From Pseudobacteriovorax sp. (lineage in GTDB: Bacteria > Bdellovibrionota_B > Oligoflexia > Oligoflexales > Oligoflexaceae): DNA of 14,400 nucleotides. The position numbers and the translations under genes were made by a program. The stretch spans positions 1 through 14,400 of the forward strand of contig JBNKNM010000141.1 of NCBI GenBank assembly GCA_050293845.1, written 5' to 3'. Shown one piece after another: positions 1 to 8,812 of the stretch; position 1 is the first letter of the stretch, and the number at the start of each line of letters is the position of its first letter. The notes beneath the pieces were generated by a model that ran no database searches, had not been told where the DNA came from, and saw nothing but the letters and a program-made list of their open reading frames with translations.

Positions 1-171
1 AAGGCCACAAATCCAGTGAAAGTCAATCCCTGATGTGAAAAATAGCGTCCTATTCTAGAAGTAAATTTACGGTTTTGGAAATCACAGAGGGGTATTACAA
101 TGAATGCGGTTTTTATTGTATATGTCTTAGTTAGGGTGGTTGATTTACAGGCCGACCAGCGAGGAGGTTTC

Positions 172-888
172 ATGAAAGTTGCCGTTGTTACAGGTACTAG
201 TTCTGGTTTGGGTAACGAACTCGTTCACCAGCTGCTCAAGGATTCTTGGTATGTTATTGGTGTGTCGCGAAGACCCCTAGAGATCTCCCATCCCAACTAT
301 CAGCACCAATGTCTGGATCTTAGCAACCCTGAGGCTGTGGAAGCTTTTTTCAACACGTTCCCCAGTTCTCTTCAGGAGTCTCCGTCATGCCTGGCGCTGG
401 TGAATAATGCTGGTCAATTAGGTAAGGTTGATAGTGTCGCTCAGTTAGATATGGGTTCCTTAATCGCAGCCACACAACTGAATTTTATAACTCCACTCTG
501 GCTTATGGGGTTTTTACGACGATCCTTTCCAGATGCTTTGTTACGCATCGTTAATGTGTCATCCGGGGCATCACGCAAGCCCTACGAAGGTTGGGCCTTA
601 TATTGCTGCACAAAAGCAGCATTAAAAATGGCCACGGAAGTGATGGCTGCCGAGCTTCATCCTAACACTTTTTTATTTTCCTACGAGCCTGGGGTCATGG
701 ACACTCCCATGCAGGAAGAAATACGTCAATCTGATAGAGAGATATTTCTTCAAAAACAGAAGTTTTTGACTCTATTTCATGACAATAGTTTGGTGGACCC
801 AAAGTTCCCTGCTGCTGAAATGCTGGCTTTTCTGAATAATGACCAAACGCAGGTCCTGACTACGGCCCGGTACGGAGCAAAATTATGA
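172..888 (+). CDS. Classical short-chain dehydrogenase/reductase (benzil/sepiapterin reductase-like)
   Basis: TGxxxGxG motif (VTGTSSGLG), NNAG, NVSSGA and catalytic YxxxK (YCCTK). The start is better placed at ATG 172, after AGGAGG at 162-167, than at the ORF-track start of 100. Confidence 0.9.
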   Translation: MKVAVVTGTSSGLGNELVHQLLKDSWYVIGVSRRPLEISHPNYQHQCLDLSNPEAVEAFFNTFPSSLQESPSCLALVNNAGQLGKVDSVAQLDMGSLIAATQLNFITPLWLMGFLRRSFPDALLRIVNVSSGASRKPYEGWALYCCTKAALKMATEVMAAELHPNTFLFSYEPGVMDTPMQEEIRQSDREIFLQKQKFLTLFHDNSLVDPKFPAAEMLAFLNNDQTQVLTTARYGAKL

Positions 889-2081
889 TTAATTCTGAGC
901 TCCTAGCTTTAGTCAGAGAGAAGGTAAAGGGTAATATGGATAAGGTTGTGGCATTCAGACACTTATGCCATAAATTTCCCGAGCGGACCTGGCAGGAGGA
1001 AGAAACTGCCAAGAAAATCTTATCCGCCCTTACGGAAATTCCAGAGCTTAAGGTGCAAAGTGAAGTGGGTAAGTATGGTGTGGTCGCTACCCTTGAAGGC
1101 AAGTCCCAAACTCCCGTTGTGGGCTTGCGAGCTGATATGGATGCCTTACCCTTAAATGAGCGAAATTCCCTGCCTTATTGTTCTAGCAATGTGGGAACAA
1201 TGCACGCCTGTGGCCATGATGGACATATGGCTAATTTATTTGGTGCCGCTCTAGTATTATCTGAGCTCAAAGATCATCTACCCGGTACCGTTAAATTCAT
1301 CTTTCAACCTGCTGAGGAAGGCGGTGCTGGGGCTAGAGTGATGTGCGAGGAAGGCGCTTTAGAGAATCCCCGCGTGGATGTTATGTTTGGTATGCACGGC
1401 TGGCCAGAAGCACCCTGTGGTCACATTTGGTTCAAGGCTGGACCCATTTTGGCCGCCAATTCACAGGTCAAAATTGTCATTGAAGGCACTGGCTGCCATA
1501 GCGCTATGCCCCATCTAGGTACCGATCAGGTGCTGGTTGCCGCTAGGCTGATCGACCAATTGCAAAGCATTTCCTCACGCAGCATGGCCCCTACAGATCC
1601 TGTAGCCCTAACCTTTACTAAAATTGCTGCCGGGGAAGCAACCAACATCATCCCGAGGACAGTTACTATCGAGGGAACCTTACGCACCGTTGCCGAGGAT
1701 GTAACCGAGAAGGCATGTAGGAAGATTGAAAGGATGGTCTTCGGCATTTGTGAAGCCCATGGTGTAAAAGGCTCGCTAGAGTTCCAAAAGGTCTACCCCC
1801 CTACCGTAAATCACAAGGACCCTACAGATTTTCTTTGTCAAGTCGCGCAAGATATCTTTGATCCTGGTACGGTGAAGCAGATCGACCACCCATCGATGGG
1901 AGCGGAAGATTTCTCCTTCTATCTGCAACGGGTGCCTGGCAGCTTTTTCTTTTTAGGTCTGGATGATGGGCGTACCGGTGGCTTTCCCTCATTGCATCAT
2001 CCAGAATTTGATTTCAATGATAAGGCACTCATACAAGGTATGGAACTATTTTCGTGCTTGGCTTTAGCATCGCATCGCTAG
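885..2081 (+). CDS. M20D family amidohydrolase (hippurate hydrolase/IAA-amino acid hydrolase-like)
   Basis: Motifs RADMDALP, MHACGHDGH, FQPAEEG, GMH, MGAEDFSFY, LHHPEFDF. ATGA overlap with the SDR stop suggests translational coupling. Confidence 0.93.
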   Translation: MINSELLALVREKVKGNMDKVVAFRHLCHKFPERTWQEEETAKKILSALTEIPELKVQSEVGKYGVVATLEGKSQTPVVGLRADMDALPLNERNSLPYCSSNVGTMHACGHDGHMANLFGAALVLSELKDHLPGTVKFIFQPAEEGGAGARVMCEEGALENPRVDVMFGMHGWPEAPCGHIWFKAGPILAANSQVKIVIEGTGCHSAMPHLGTDQVLVAARLIDQLQSISSRSMAPTDPVALTFTKIAAGEATNIIPRTVTIEGTLRTVAEDVTEKACRKIERMVFGICEAHGVKGSLEFQKVYPPTVNHKDPTDFLCQVAQDIFDPGTVKQIDHPSMGAEDFSFYLQRVPGSFFFLGLDDGRTGGFPSLHHPEFDFNDKALIQGMELFSCLALASHR

Positions 2082-2093
2082 GTAAAGCCTAGC
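2077..2093. terminator. Short hairpin between convergent stop codons
   Basis: GCTAGG-taaag-CCTAGC forms a 6-bp stem. There is no U-tract, so this is a weak candidate. Confidence 0.25.
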
Positions 2094-2845
2094 TACCGCT
2101 CGTTTATGCCCCAATCATAGTCTAAATAGCTAATCTCTGGATGGTTTGCGGAGATTTGCTGGCCTAGCTTCGGCTCAAGATACTTGGCAATAAACTTAAT
2201 GATGCTTTTGCTATCAGATCCGAAGTCATCTGCAAACCAGTCAAAAATTTTTGATAGTTTCAGTTCTTTGGGAGCAATGTGGTTTCTGGTGCTGTCTGTG
2301 AGCCAAGCTCTGGTAGCTTCATCCAGTTGTTCCTCTAAACTATTGGCCTGAAACGCAGTAGCATTTAGCCGAGGGCATGAAATGGAGGCGCAGTTGACAG
2401 CAGCATGAACCCTAGGGTCCTTCAGCTCTGGCTTTTTTCGCAGCCACTCATGCTCAAGGGGGTCTAATGATTTTATAGCCCCATCTAGTAGGCTGAAAAA
2501 CTCTATTTTCCAAGGATTGGTAAAGAAGCCACCAATTTTTTTAATACTTTTTATAGGGTAATGCTTCAAAATAAGCTTAATGGTAAAAGCATTATAAGCA
2601 TTGATAAGAAATGCTTTTTTTTGCTGAGGGTTAAACATATTGTATTCTTTGAGGCTGACGGATTCTAAGCTTGCTAAATATTCATCTAAGGTTTTTTGCT
2701 TAGTCTGCCAGGTTTTGTAGTCCACAGAACCCTGCGCATCTAGGTGCTGGTTCAAGAGCTTGGACCACTTGCTATGGCTGTGATCGAATGCTAAAAGTGA
2801 CGTACTAGCAAGAGCCATGATCAAGTAAATATAGAGGACCCGCAT
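2093..2845 (-). CDS. Secreted DUF547-domain protein
   Basis: N-terminal signal peptide. Motifs G-x-VDY, AFLINAYNAFTI, DPRVHAAVNCASISCPRL, LSKIFDWFADDF and YDWGIN are typical of DUF547. Confidence 0.88.
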   Translation of the reverse strand: MRVLYIYLIMALASTSLLAFDHSHSKWSKLLNQHLDAQGSVDYKTWQTKQKTLDEYLASLESVSLKEYNMFNPQQKKAFLINAYNAFTIKLILKHYPIKSIKKIGGFFTNPWKIEFFSLLDGAIKSLDPLEHEWLRKKPELKDPRVHAAVNCASISCPRLNATAFQANSLEEQLDEATRAWLTDSTRNHIAPKELKLSKIFDWFADDFGSDSKSIIKFIAKYLEPKLGQQISANHPEISYLDYDWGINER

Positions 2846-2921
2846 GTTAAAATCTCCACATGATTCAGAAGTATATTCGTTGCTAAATATAGAAAGGTTG
2901 CAGAAAAAAACAGTAAGAAAA

Positions 2922-3998
2922 TTAAGCGGAACGTCGCTGAGACTGTGGAAGTGGCAATTCGATCGAAAATCTAGTATGCGAGCTATTCTTATCTAGGTAA
3001 AATTTGCCATCATGGTGATTTTCTATAAGTCTTTTGCACAGGCTCAGGCCCAAGCCTGTCCCTTCACCTCTAGCCTTGGTGGTAAAGTACGGTTCAAACA
3101 TTTTATCGGCAACTTCGGGAGCAATTCCATGGCCTGAGTCAGTAACAGAGATGGTAAGAAAGCTCTGGGATGGTTCTATGGAAATTTCAACCCAGGGGTT
3201 AGGGTTTTTATAAACTTCTTCCTTGGCGTTTTTAACAAGGTTCACTAAAACTTGTATTAATTCAGATGGATAACAAGGTACCGTTAGTTGTGTATCGAAA
3301 TCATTTATTTTGAGAGGAACTTTAGCTCCTGTTATCTTCATACTGGCAAAAAGCTTAACTTCATCTATTATTTCCGAAATTTTCTGAGGCTTTTTGGGGT
3401 CATTGCAAGCATTGCGTGAGAGGTTTAGTAAGGAACGGATGATGTGGTTGATCTGTTGGCTAGATTTGTTTAACCGGGATATGAGCCGATCCATAAACTC
3501 TTCAGTTAACTTTCCTCTATTTCTATACTCTTGAGCTAGTGAAACTTGGCCAATAATTATTGTGAGGGGGTTGCGAATTTCATGGACAATAGCTGCAGAC
3601 ATTTCCCCTATGGACGCCATCCTTTCCGCATAGTCAGTTTTTTCGCAATCTACAAATTCATTTTTAGTAGTAGCTGGTGTTATATTTTGCAATACCCAAA
3701 AAAGGTAATTTAGATCAGAGTTTCTGGAAACATCGACGCTAAGGTCTATGGGTCTTTGTTCGTGGCTAGATACAGATAGCATTGTTTTGTATGATGGCTG
3801 GTCTTGGCTTAATTCATGGGAAAGTTCAATCAGAGATCGCGTTAATTCGCCGTTAGTTACGGAGCTGAGCAGGATGCTGGCAGGTTCGTTTTCCAGAATA
3901 AAATTGCCGTCGCAATCTGTAATGATTGCTGGGGATGGTATTAGCTCTAAAGCTCCCTTCAACTTATCTGTTAACTCTTTATTAAAAGCTCTATCCAT
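2922..3998 (-). CDS. Cytoplasmic sensor histidine kinase (PAS-like + HisKA + HATPase_c, NtrB/FleS-like)
   Basis: H-box VHEIRNPL, N-box QVLVNLVKNA, G1 DSGHGI, F-box FEPYFTTK, G2 GTGLGL. PAS-like start PSPAIITDCDGNFILENEPA. No hydrophobic transmembrane stretch. Confidence 0.92.
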   Translation of the reverse strand: MDRAFNKELTDKLKGALELIPSPAIITDCDGNFILENEPASILLSSVTNGELTRSLIELSHELSQDQPSYKTMLSVSSHEQRPIDLSVDVSRNSDLNYLFWVLQNITPATTKNEFVDCEKTDYAERMASIGEMSAAIVHEIRNPLTIIIGQVSLAQEYRNRGKLTEEFMDRLISRLNKSSQQINHIIRSLLNLSRNACNDPKKPQKISEIIDEVKLFASMKITGAKVPLKINDFDTQLTVPCYPSELIQVLVNLVKNAKEEVYKNPNPWVEISIEPSQSFLTISVTDSGHGIAPEVADKMFEPYFTTKARGEGTGLGLSLCKRLIENHHDGKFYLDKNSSHTRFSIELPLPQSQRRSA

Positions 3999-4024
3999 GA
4001 GCCATAGCCACCCTTTTAATGAAT

Positions 4025-4411
4025 CTAGGGAACGGTATCGGATAAAGCAAACAGTTGTTGAGGTAAATAATTATTTTGTCTGCGACAATATTGACGAAAT
4101 CTACTTGGAGTCACACCAATACGCATTTTAAAGAGGCGGCTGAGGTGGGACTGGTGACGAAATCCGCATTCCTTCGCAACATTATTCAAATCCAGCCTGG
4201 GGTCCGATTCAATCTTTGCCAGAGCGAGTTTGACCCGCTGATTCCAAATGAATTCCATGGGAGTTTGCTGGTAATGGCTTTTGAAGAGTCGATTCAATTG
4301 GTAGACGGACACCTTACATTGCAAAGCCAACCATTTCGTTGTTATGGGATGAGGAAGATTTTTACGAATATTTTCTTCTGCCATTGTTTGAAATAGCTCA
4401 TTTTTAGTCAT
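4025..4411 (-). CDS. Stand-alone AraC/XylS HTH transcriptional regulator (DNA-binding domain only)
   Basis: LALQCKVSVYQLNRLFK...TPMEFIWNQRVKLA and VAKECGFRHQSHLSRLFKMRIGVTPSRFR form the AraC double HTH. At 128 aa it has no ligand-binding domain. Confidence 0.9.
   Translation of the reverse strand: MTKNELFQTMAEENIRKNLPHPITTKWLALQCKVSVYQLNRLFKSHYQQTPMEFIWNQRVKLALAKIESDPRLDLNNVAKECGFRHQSHLSRLFKMRIGVTPSRFRQYCRRQNNYLPQQLFALSDTVP
4035..4061 (-). promoter_or_regulatory. Candidate sigma-28 (FliA) promoter for the histidine kinase, inside the araC 3' end
   Basis: The minus strand reads TCAA-caactgtttgcttta(15 nt)-TCCGATAC against the consensus TAAA-N15-GCCGATAA. It ends 36 nt before ATG 3998. Confidence 0.5.
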
Positions 4412-4532
4412 GAATCCCTACCTTCATGAGAAAATCAAAATCTAACAATAGATGGATGGCTTGATCTATCAAATATTGCACTTGATTGATTAAAAAATGA
4501 AGCGGTGTGAGGTTTTAGAAATTTTAATCGTG

Positions 4533-4904
4533 TCAATCGACGACTTCTGCTGCGTGGGAGAGGATAAACTCTCGATATTTCTCAAACTCTTCACGCTCAA
4601 TGTCGATGATTCGTATGGCTAGGAATTGCGTTTCAGGAGAAAATCTTACAAATTTGGCATAGAAAAATATGGCCTCACGCTCTGGGGGATGTAGCCAGAC
4701 TTCGATAATGCTCAGCTCATTAAAACCTACCTTGTCGCGTCCCGTGTGGCGAATCAAAAGGCCACTCTCGCTTATATCTTCCGATATAAAATCATAACGA
4801 TGGCGACTACCGATCAAGCTGGCTTCGATTTTGACTCTAATACTGATCTTAAAACGCGGTTTTAGCCTGCGATCTCGATTCGATGTAGCATTTTTACTTT
4901 TCAT
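4533..4904 (-). CDS. Single-domain PilZ protein (c-di-GMP receptor)
   Basis: RxxxR (RRLKPR) and DxSxxG (DISESG) c-di-GMP binding motifs; 123 aa. Confidence 0.85.
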   Translation of the reverse strand: MKSKNATSNRDRRLKPRFKISIRVKIEASLIGSRHRYDFISEDISESGLLIRHTGRDKVGFNELSIIEVWLHPPEREAIFFYAKFVRFSPETQFLAIRIIDIEREEFEKYREFILSHAAEVVD

Positions 4905-4933
4905 AACGGCCTTAGCTTATGTTGTCCCGACGT

Positions 4934-4960
4934 CTATCGGCAGAGCCTGGAATTTGTTTA
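4934..4960 (-). promoter_or_regulatory. Sigma-28 (FliA) promoter upstream of the PilZ gene
   Basis: The minus strand reads TAAA-caaattccaggctct(15 nt)-GCCGATAG, matching 11 of 12 consensus positions with exact spacing. It is intergenic and 29 nt before ATG 4904. Confidence 0.75.
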
Positions 4961-5018
4961 GAGAAAGACGTAGATTAACTTTTACACCCAGATCCGAGAT
5001 TTCACCTGACACTGTTTT

Positions 5019-5369
5019 TCAGATCCTGTTACATCTTCGACACAAATAGCGGAATAATCTAGCTGAGTTTCTTACAATATGGATGCTCTGTTTTTGCAAT
5101 CCGAGGCGACTAGCTACTTTGGTATAGGAACTCAATTTGGGAATATTCATAAAAAGGAACTCCCAGGCTTCTTGATCTTCCAGCAATTCGCTCTCCACTA
5201 CAACCCTTAACTTATCAGCTTTTTTAGGTAAATCATGCTTTTGGGCATAGCTTTGCCAGGATTGAATGTGCCAACCTAGAGGAAGATGCTCAGCAATTCT
5301 TTGCCCTAGGTGATGGCATAGAGGGCAATGATCATCGTAAAGGATAATAGGCTCATAAATTTTATCCAT
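5019..5369 (-). CDS. DCC family (DUF393-like) thiol-disulfide oxidoreductase
   Basis: N-terminal ILYDDHCPLC is a DxxCxxC motif. Size 116 aa. RBS-like CAGGTAAG upstream. Confidence 0.7.
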   Translation of the reverse strand: MDKIYEPIILYDDHCPLCHHLGQRIAEHLPLGWHIQSWQSYAQKHDLPKKADKLRVVVESELLEDQEAWEFLFMNIPKLSSYTKVASRLGLQKQSIHIVRNSARLFRYLCRRCNRI

Positions 5370-5463
5370 GAATACTTACCTGCTGTCTCTCATTGAGGCA
5401 AAAAACTCTTTGTGTCACTATACAATTGATTTATTTGTCGATTTATAGGTACATGAGGCGAAA

Positions 5464-6348
5464 ATGCCCAAATTTTCATTTCTTCTAATATTATTATACC
5501 TACTTCAAGTAGGAATGGCTTGGTCTAAGGGATTTGATTCTGAGGAGATTATCATACTCCAACGGGCGCTCTCGGGTGAATTTGCCAAGGGGCATGTTAA
5601 AAAGATCTTTTCCAGCAAAAACCTACAAAGATATAATGACATATTTGACTTAAATGTTACCAAGCCCATTGACCTCACCATGGATCGGTATGCCCATTTC
5701 GTGGAGCCCTATGCTATTGGTTTAGCAAAAAAATTCCGCCGGCGCTGGCGTACTGTTTTGAAGAGGGCTGAGACTAAGTATGGTGTCGATAAGGATATTA
5801 TTGTGGGAGTCTTGCTTGTTGAGACCAGCTTTGGAAGGTTTACTGGTAATTATCAATTGTTATCGATATACGGCTCCCTTGTTGTGGATCTCAGCAAATG
5901 GCAGCAGAGTGATGGCCCTACCAATGCAAATGAGTACCTTGTTAAAAGGGTTAAAAGAAAGTATGAGTGGGCACTGGGGGAGCTTAAGGCCTTACTGAAT
6001 ATCAAACAAAAGTACCCTAAATGGGATCTATACAAGGTAAAAGGCAGTTATGCTGGTGCCTTTGGTAAATCTCAGTTTTTACCTTCTAGTTATTTGAAAT
6101 TTGCTGTCGCTTATAAAAATAGAGGTATGCCTAACCTACATTTCGAAGCTGATGCCATTTTTTCCATTGCAAACTATTTAAGAATCAACGGATACCGCGG
6201 ATCATTTGACTCTGAAAACAGCCGTGAGGCTCTTTTTCATTATAATCGTAGCCAGATATACGTTCAGACTATTATCAATGTTGCAAAAAAACTAAAAGGA
6301 GTGGCTATTTCATCCGAAGCAAAGCGTCAGGCGGTGAAAAAACGATGA
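5464..6348 (+). CDS. mltB: Lytic murein transglycosylase B family (SLT_2 domain)
   Basis: Signal peptide. YGVDKDIIVGVLLVETSFG contains the catalytic Glu. Also GSYAGAFGKSQFLPSSY, DAIFSIANYL and ALFHYNRSQIYV. Confidence 0.88.
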   Translation: MPKFSFLLILLYLLQVGMAWSKGFDSEEIIILQRALSGEFAKGHVKKIFSSKNLQRYNDIFDLNVTKPIDLTMDRYAHFVEPYAIGLAKKFRRRWRTVLKRAETKYGVDKDIIVGVLLVETSFGRFTGNYQLLSIYGSLVVDLSKWQQSDGPTNANEYLVKRVKRKYEWALGELKALLNIKQKYPKWDLYKVKGSYAGAFGKSQFLPSSYLKFAVAYKNRGMPNLHFEADAIFSIANYLRINGYRGSFDSENSREALFHYNRSQIYVQTIINVAKKLKGVAISSEAKRQAVKKR

Positions 6349-6363
6349 ACAAGAGTAAAGGTA

Positions 6364-7485
6364 GTGACATTGGCTAAAAAAGCAATACTTATTGCTACCG
6401 ACGATTTAGTGGATACTCCTTTGTTTGTTGAATACTGCAAAAAGAACCATCACCGCTCTGTTCTTGCTTGCAATTTCAATGAACTACTCGATAGTCTTGG
6501 AATGAATCAGGAGATAGGATTAATTATCTTAGACCTTAATTTGCGTCAGGAAGGGGCTATAAGAATCATACCTATGCTCCGTACTATGGACAGTATCAAA
6601 CAGATTCCGATTATTACCATTTGCGATGAAACGACAGATGAAAAAATTTACAAAAAATTGTTAGATATAGGCTCTGATGACTTCGTACGACGTCCGCTAT
6701 ACCCGTCACTCATAGAAAATAGATGTAACCGCTGTCTGAAGCCGGTAAACTACAGCACTGAAGATAGAGAGAATCAATACTTTGTCGTCAGGAATCTATT
6801 TCGCATTGTAATGCATGATATTTCGAATCTGCTCATAAATTTTGAATTATTTATGAATTCGTTAGATCGCCCTATGTCAGAAGATTTGAGAAACAAGCGC
6901 ACGTGCAGGGCAAAAACTACTTTAGCAGAAATTAGTGATTTATTAAAAAATGCCAAGATGCTTGATGCGGTTCGCAGCCAAAAATTGGTTCCGAAGCTTA
7001 AGGCCGTTGATTTGGGGAAATGTATCTCAGAAATTAGTGAAATTTATACCGATAGACTTGCTGAGAAACAATTGTCCTTAGTAGGGAATTGGGATCAGGA
7101 GAATCTATTTGTACAATCAGAATCTACTTCACTGAAACATGAAGTTTTGGGAAACTTATTGACTAATGCTATTAAATTTTCCCATCCGGGAAGCCGTATC
7201 AATATTGATATGGAAGATAGCGAGCCCTATGTCAGGATAAAAATCCAGGATTTTGGTGTCGGAATGTCTCAGCAGAATATCAAAAACCTGTTTCAAGAGG
7301 GTGCTGAAAAATCACGCAAGGGTACACGCGGCGAGAAGGGGACTGGCTATGGCTTACCTCTTGCATACCAGTATATCTGTGCCTACAATGGACAGATTGA
7401 AGTCTTTAGTGAAAAACAAGTGCCGGAATCCACAAATCATGGCACAACATTCATTATTACGCTGCAAAAAGCTATACCTAATTAA
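6364..7485 (+). CDS. Hybrid response regulator-histidine kinase (REC + HisKA-like + HATPase_c)
   Basis: REC domain: ILIATDD, LIILDLNL, IPIITI, GSDDFVRRP. H-box MHDISNLL, NLLTNAIKFS, QDFGVGM, GTRGEKGTGYGL. The start (GTG 6364 or TTG 6370) is uncertain. Confidence 0.9.
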   Translation: MTLAKKAILIATDDLVDTPLFVEYCKKNHHRSVLACNFNELLDSLGMNQEIGLIILDLNLRQEGAIRIIPMLRTMDSIKQIPIITICDETTDEKIYKKLLDIGSDDFVRRPLYPSLIENRCNRCLKPVNYSTEDRENQYFVVRNLFRIVMHDISNLLINFELFMNSLDRPMSEDLRNKRTCRAKTTLAEISDLLKNAKMLDAVRSQKLVPKLKAVDLGKCISEISEIYTDRLAEKQLSLVGNWDQENLFVQSESTSLKHEVLGNLLTNAIKFSHPGSRINIDMEDSEPYVRIKIQDFGVGMSQQNIKNLFQEGAEKSRKGTRGEKGTGYGLPLAYQYICAYNGQIEVFSEKQVPESTNHGTTFIITLQKAIPN

Positions 7486-8767
7486 TAAGATAATCTCCTG
7501 GAAGAATCGGATAATCTACGATGGATTGATTGATACGCCCTTGGTAATAGTTACCTTCTTTTCTAATGACCTTAATCATACCAATTTCTCTCATATGGGT
7601 GCCCATGACTTCTTGATCAACTTCACTGCGGTTCATCTCAATACGATAGACGGAATATCTTTTTCGTAGTTTTAGGTTTTGATTGTTGGCGGCTATGTAA
7701 ACCCAATTTCCAGCCGAAATAAAAGAAATTTGCGCTAGCATGGGTCGGCTAAAATCTGGAATTTGGTAGGTTTTTAGGAAGGTTGCAGCTCGTGGTTTGA
7801 TGATAGCCTTTGCCGGCTTCCCGTATCTTTCAAGATGATAATGGGGGAGCGCTTTTTCAGGTTCGCCCATGAATTCATAGTAAATTCCTAAATTATGATT
7901 TGCAATGGCATTTTTTTTCTCTTTCAGGAGAGCATTTTCCCATTTATTCGCTGCTAGCTTCCAGCGTCCCTGCTTTGCTAACTCAACTCCTTCATTGACA
8001 GAAGTACTAGCTGGAGATTTGCTTTTCGCATAATAAATATGTTCAGTGACTTTATTCTTGGCACATACTTTTGCAATAATTCGATTTTTTAGGCTGGTAA
8101 AAATGGCTTTTTGAATATCTGCTTTTTTTAATGCAGGTTTTCTTGAGAAGTTCGAAAAAGTTGAGGATGTTTCCTCTAAACCATTGACAACAACATTATC
8201 TGTAACCCGGTTAAACAGGGTATAGCGAATCTTATACATATAATTTGCATTGCGAATGTAGATGGGTTTGCGGAAAATTTTTCGGTCAGGAGCAAGCTCG
8301 GTCCCACTAGAGAATCCATATTCATTCACTGAGGGAATCCCATAGTTGGTATACCAACGGAAATTTTTTTTATCTTTAAACCAAAAGGCGGTACTTTTTT
8401 CAATAGTGGAGTTTAATTTTTTAAACATAAGGTCCACAACTAGAATCCCATTTTGCATACGTGCTTTACCATCGATAGCTATGGTTTTCTCAAACTCTTT
8501 CTTGAGTTCAATGGGATCGTTTGATTTAAGGGAAACCGTGCTATTTAGTGGAGATATGGCTTTGAAATTACTGCATTTTTTAAGGTCTTCAAAAAAGCTT
8601 TTTTTGAAGTCGGCATCAAAATCGTCGTCGAGTATGAGCCCTAATTGCTTGAGTTCTGTAAACTTGTCGCGATGGCTATGAAAGCCTTCTAGAGTGACAT
8701 TGTGGAAATTTTCTCCGCAGGAAATCAAAAAGTAGCAGCAAGTAATTAGGTAATATCGACTATGCAT
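7478..8767 (-). CDS. Lipoprotein with TPR repeats and a C-terminal beta domain resembling FlgT-C
   Basis: Lipobox-like FLISC (Cys17). TPR-like segment NEGVELAKQGRWKLAANKWENAL...ANHNLGIYYEFMGEPEKALPHY. The FlgT-C resemblance is pattern recognition only. Overlaps the convergent kinase end by 8 nt. Confidence 0.7.
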   Translation of the reverse strand: MHSRYYLITCCYFLISCGENFHNVTLEGFHSHRDKFTELKQLGLILDDDFDADFKKSFFEDLKKCSNFKAISPLNSTVSLKSNDPIELKKEFEKTIAIDGKARMQNGILVVDLMFKKLNSTIEKSTAFWFKDKKNFRWYTNYGIPSVNEYGFSSGTELAPDRKIFRKPIYIRNANYMYKIRYTLFNRVTDNVVVNGLEETSSTFSNFSRKPALKKADIQKAIFTSLKNRIIAKVCAKNKVTEHIYYAKSKSPASTSVNEGVELAKQGRWKLAANKWENALLKEKKNAIANHNLGIYYEFMGEPEKALPHYHLERYGKPAKAIIKPRAATFLKTYQIPDFSRPMLAQISFISAGNWVYIAANNQNLKLRKRYSVYRIEMNRSEVDQEVMGTHMREIGMIKVIRKEGNYYQGRINQSIVDYPILPGDYLIN

Positions 8768-8812
8768 GTCCCCATCCTAGCTATTGCAATCATTAGTATT
8801 CTAAACGATCAA

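Noticed and set aside
132..158. TAGG-N15-GCCGACCA sigma-28-like site before the SDR
   Set aside because: Several mismatches, and the implied TSS would fall inside the RBS.
100..171. 24-aa N-terminal extension of the SDR in the ORF track
   Set aside because: AGGAGG precedes ATG 172, and the Rossmann motif starts there.
1..173. Open minus-strand frame from ATG 173 to the window edge, and a possible + strand gene end at 1-33
   Set aside because: No recognisable motif or RBS, and it overlaps the SDR start region. It cannot be resolved without flanking sequence.
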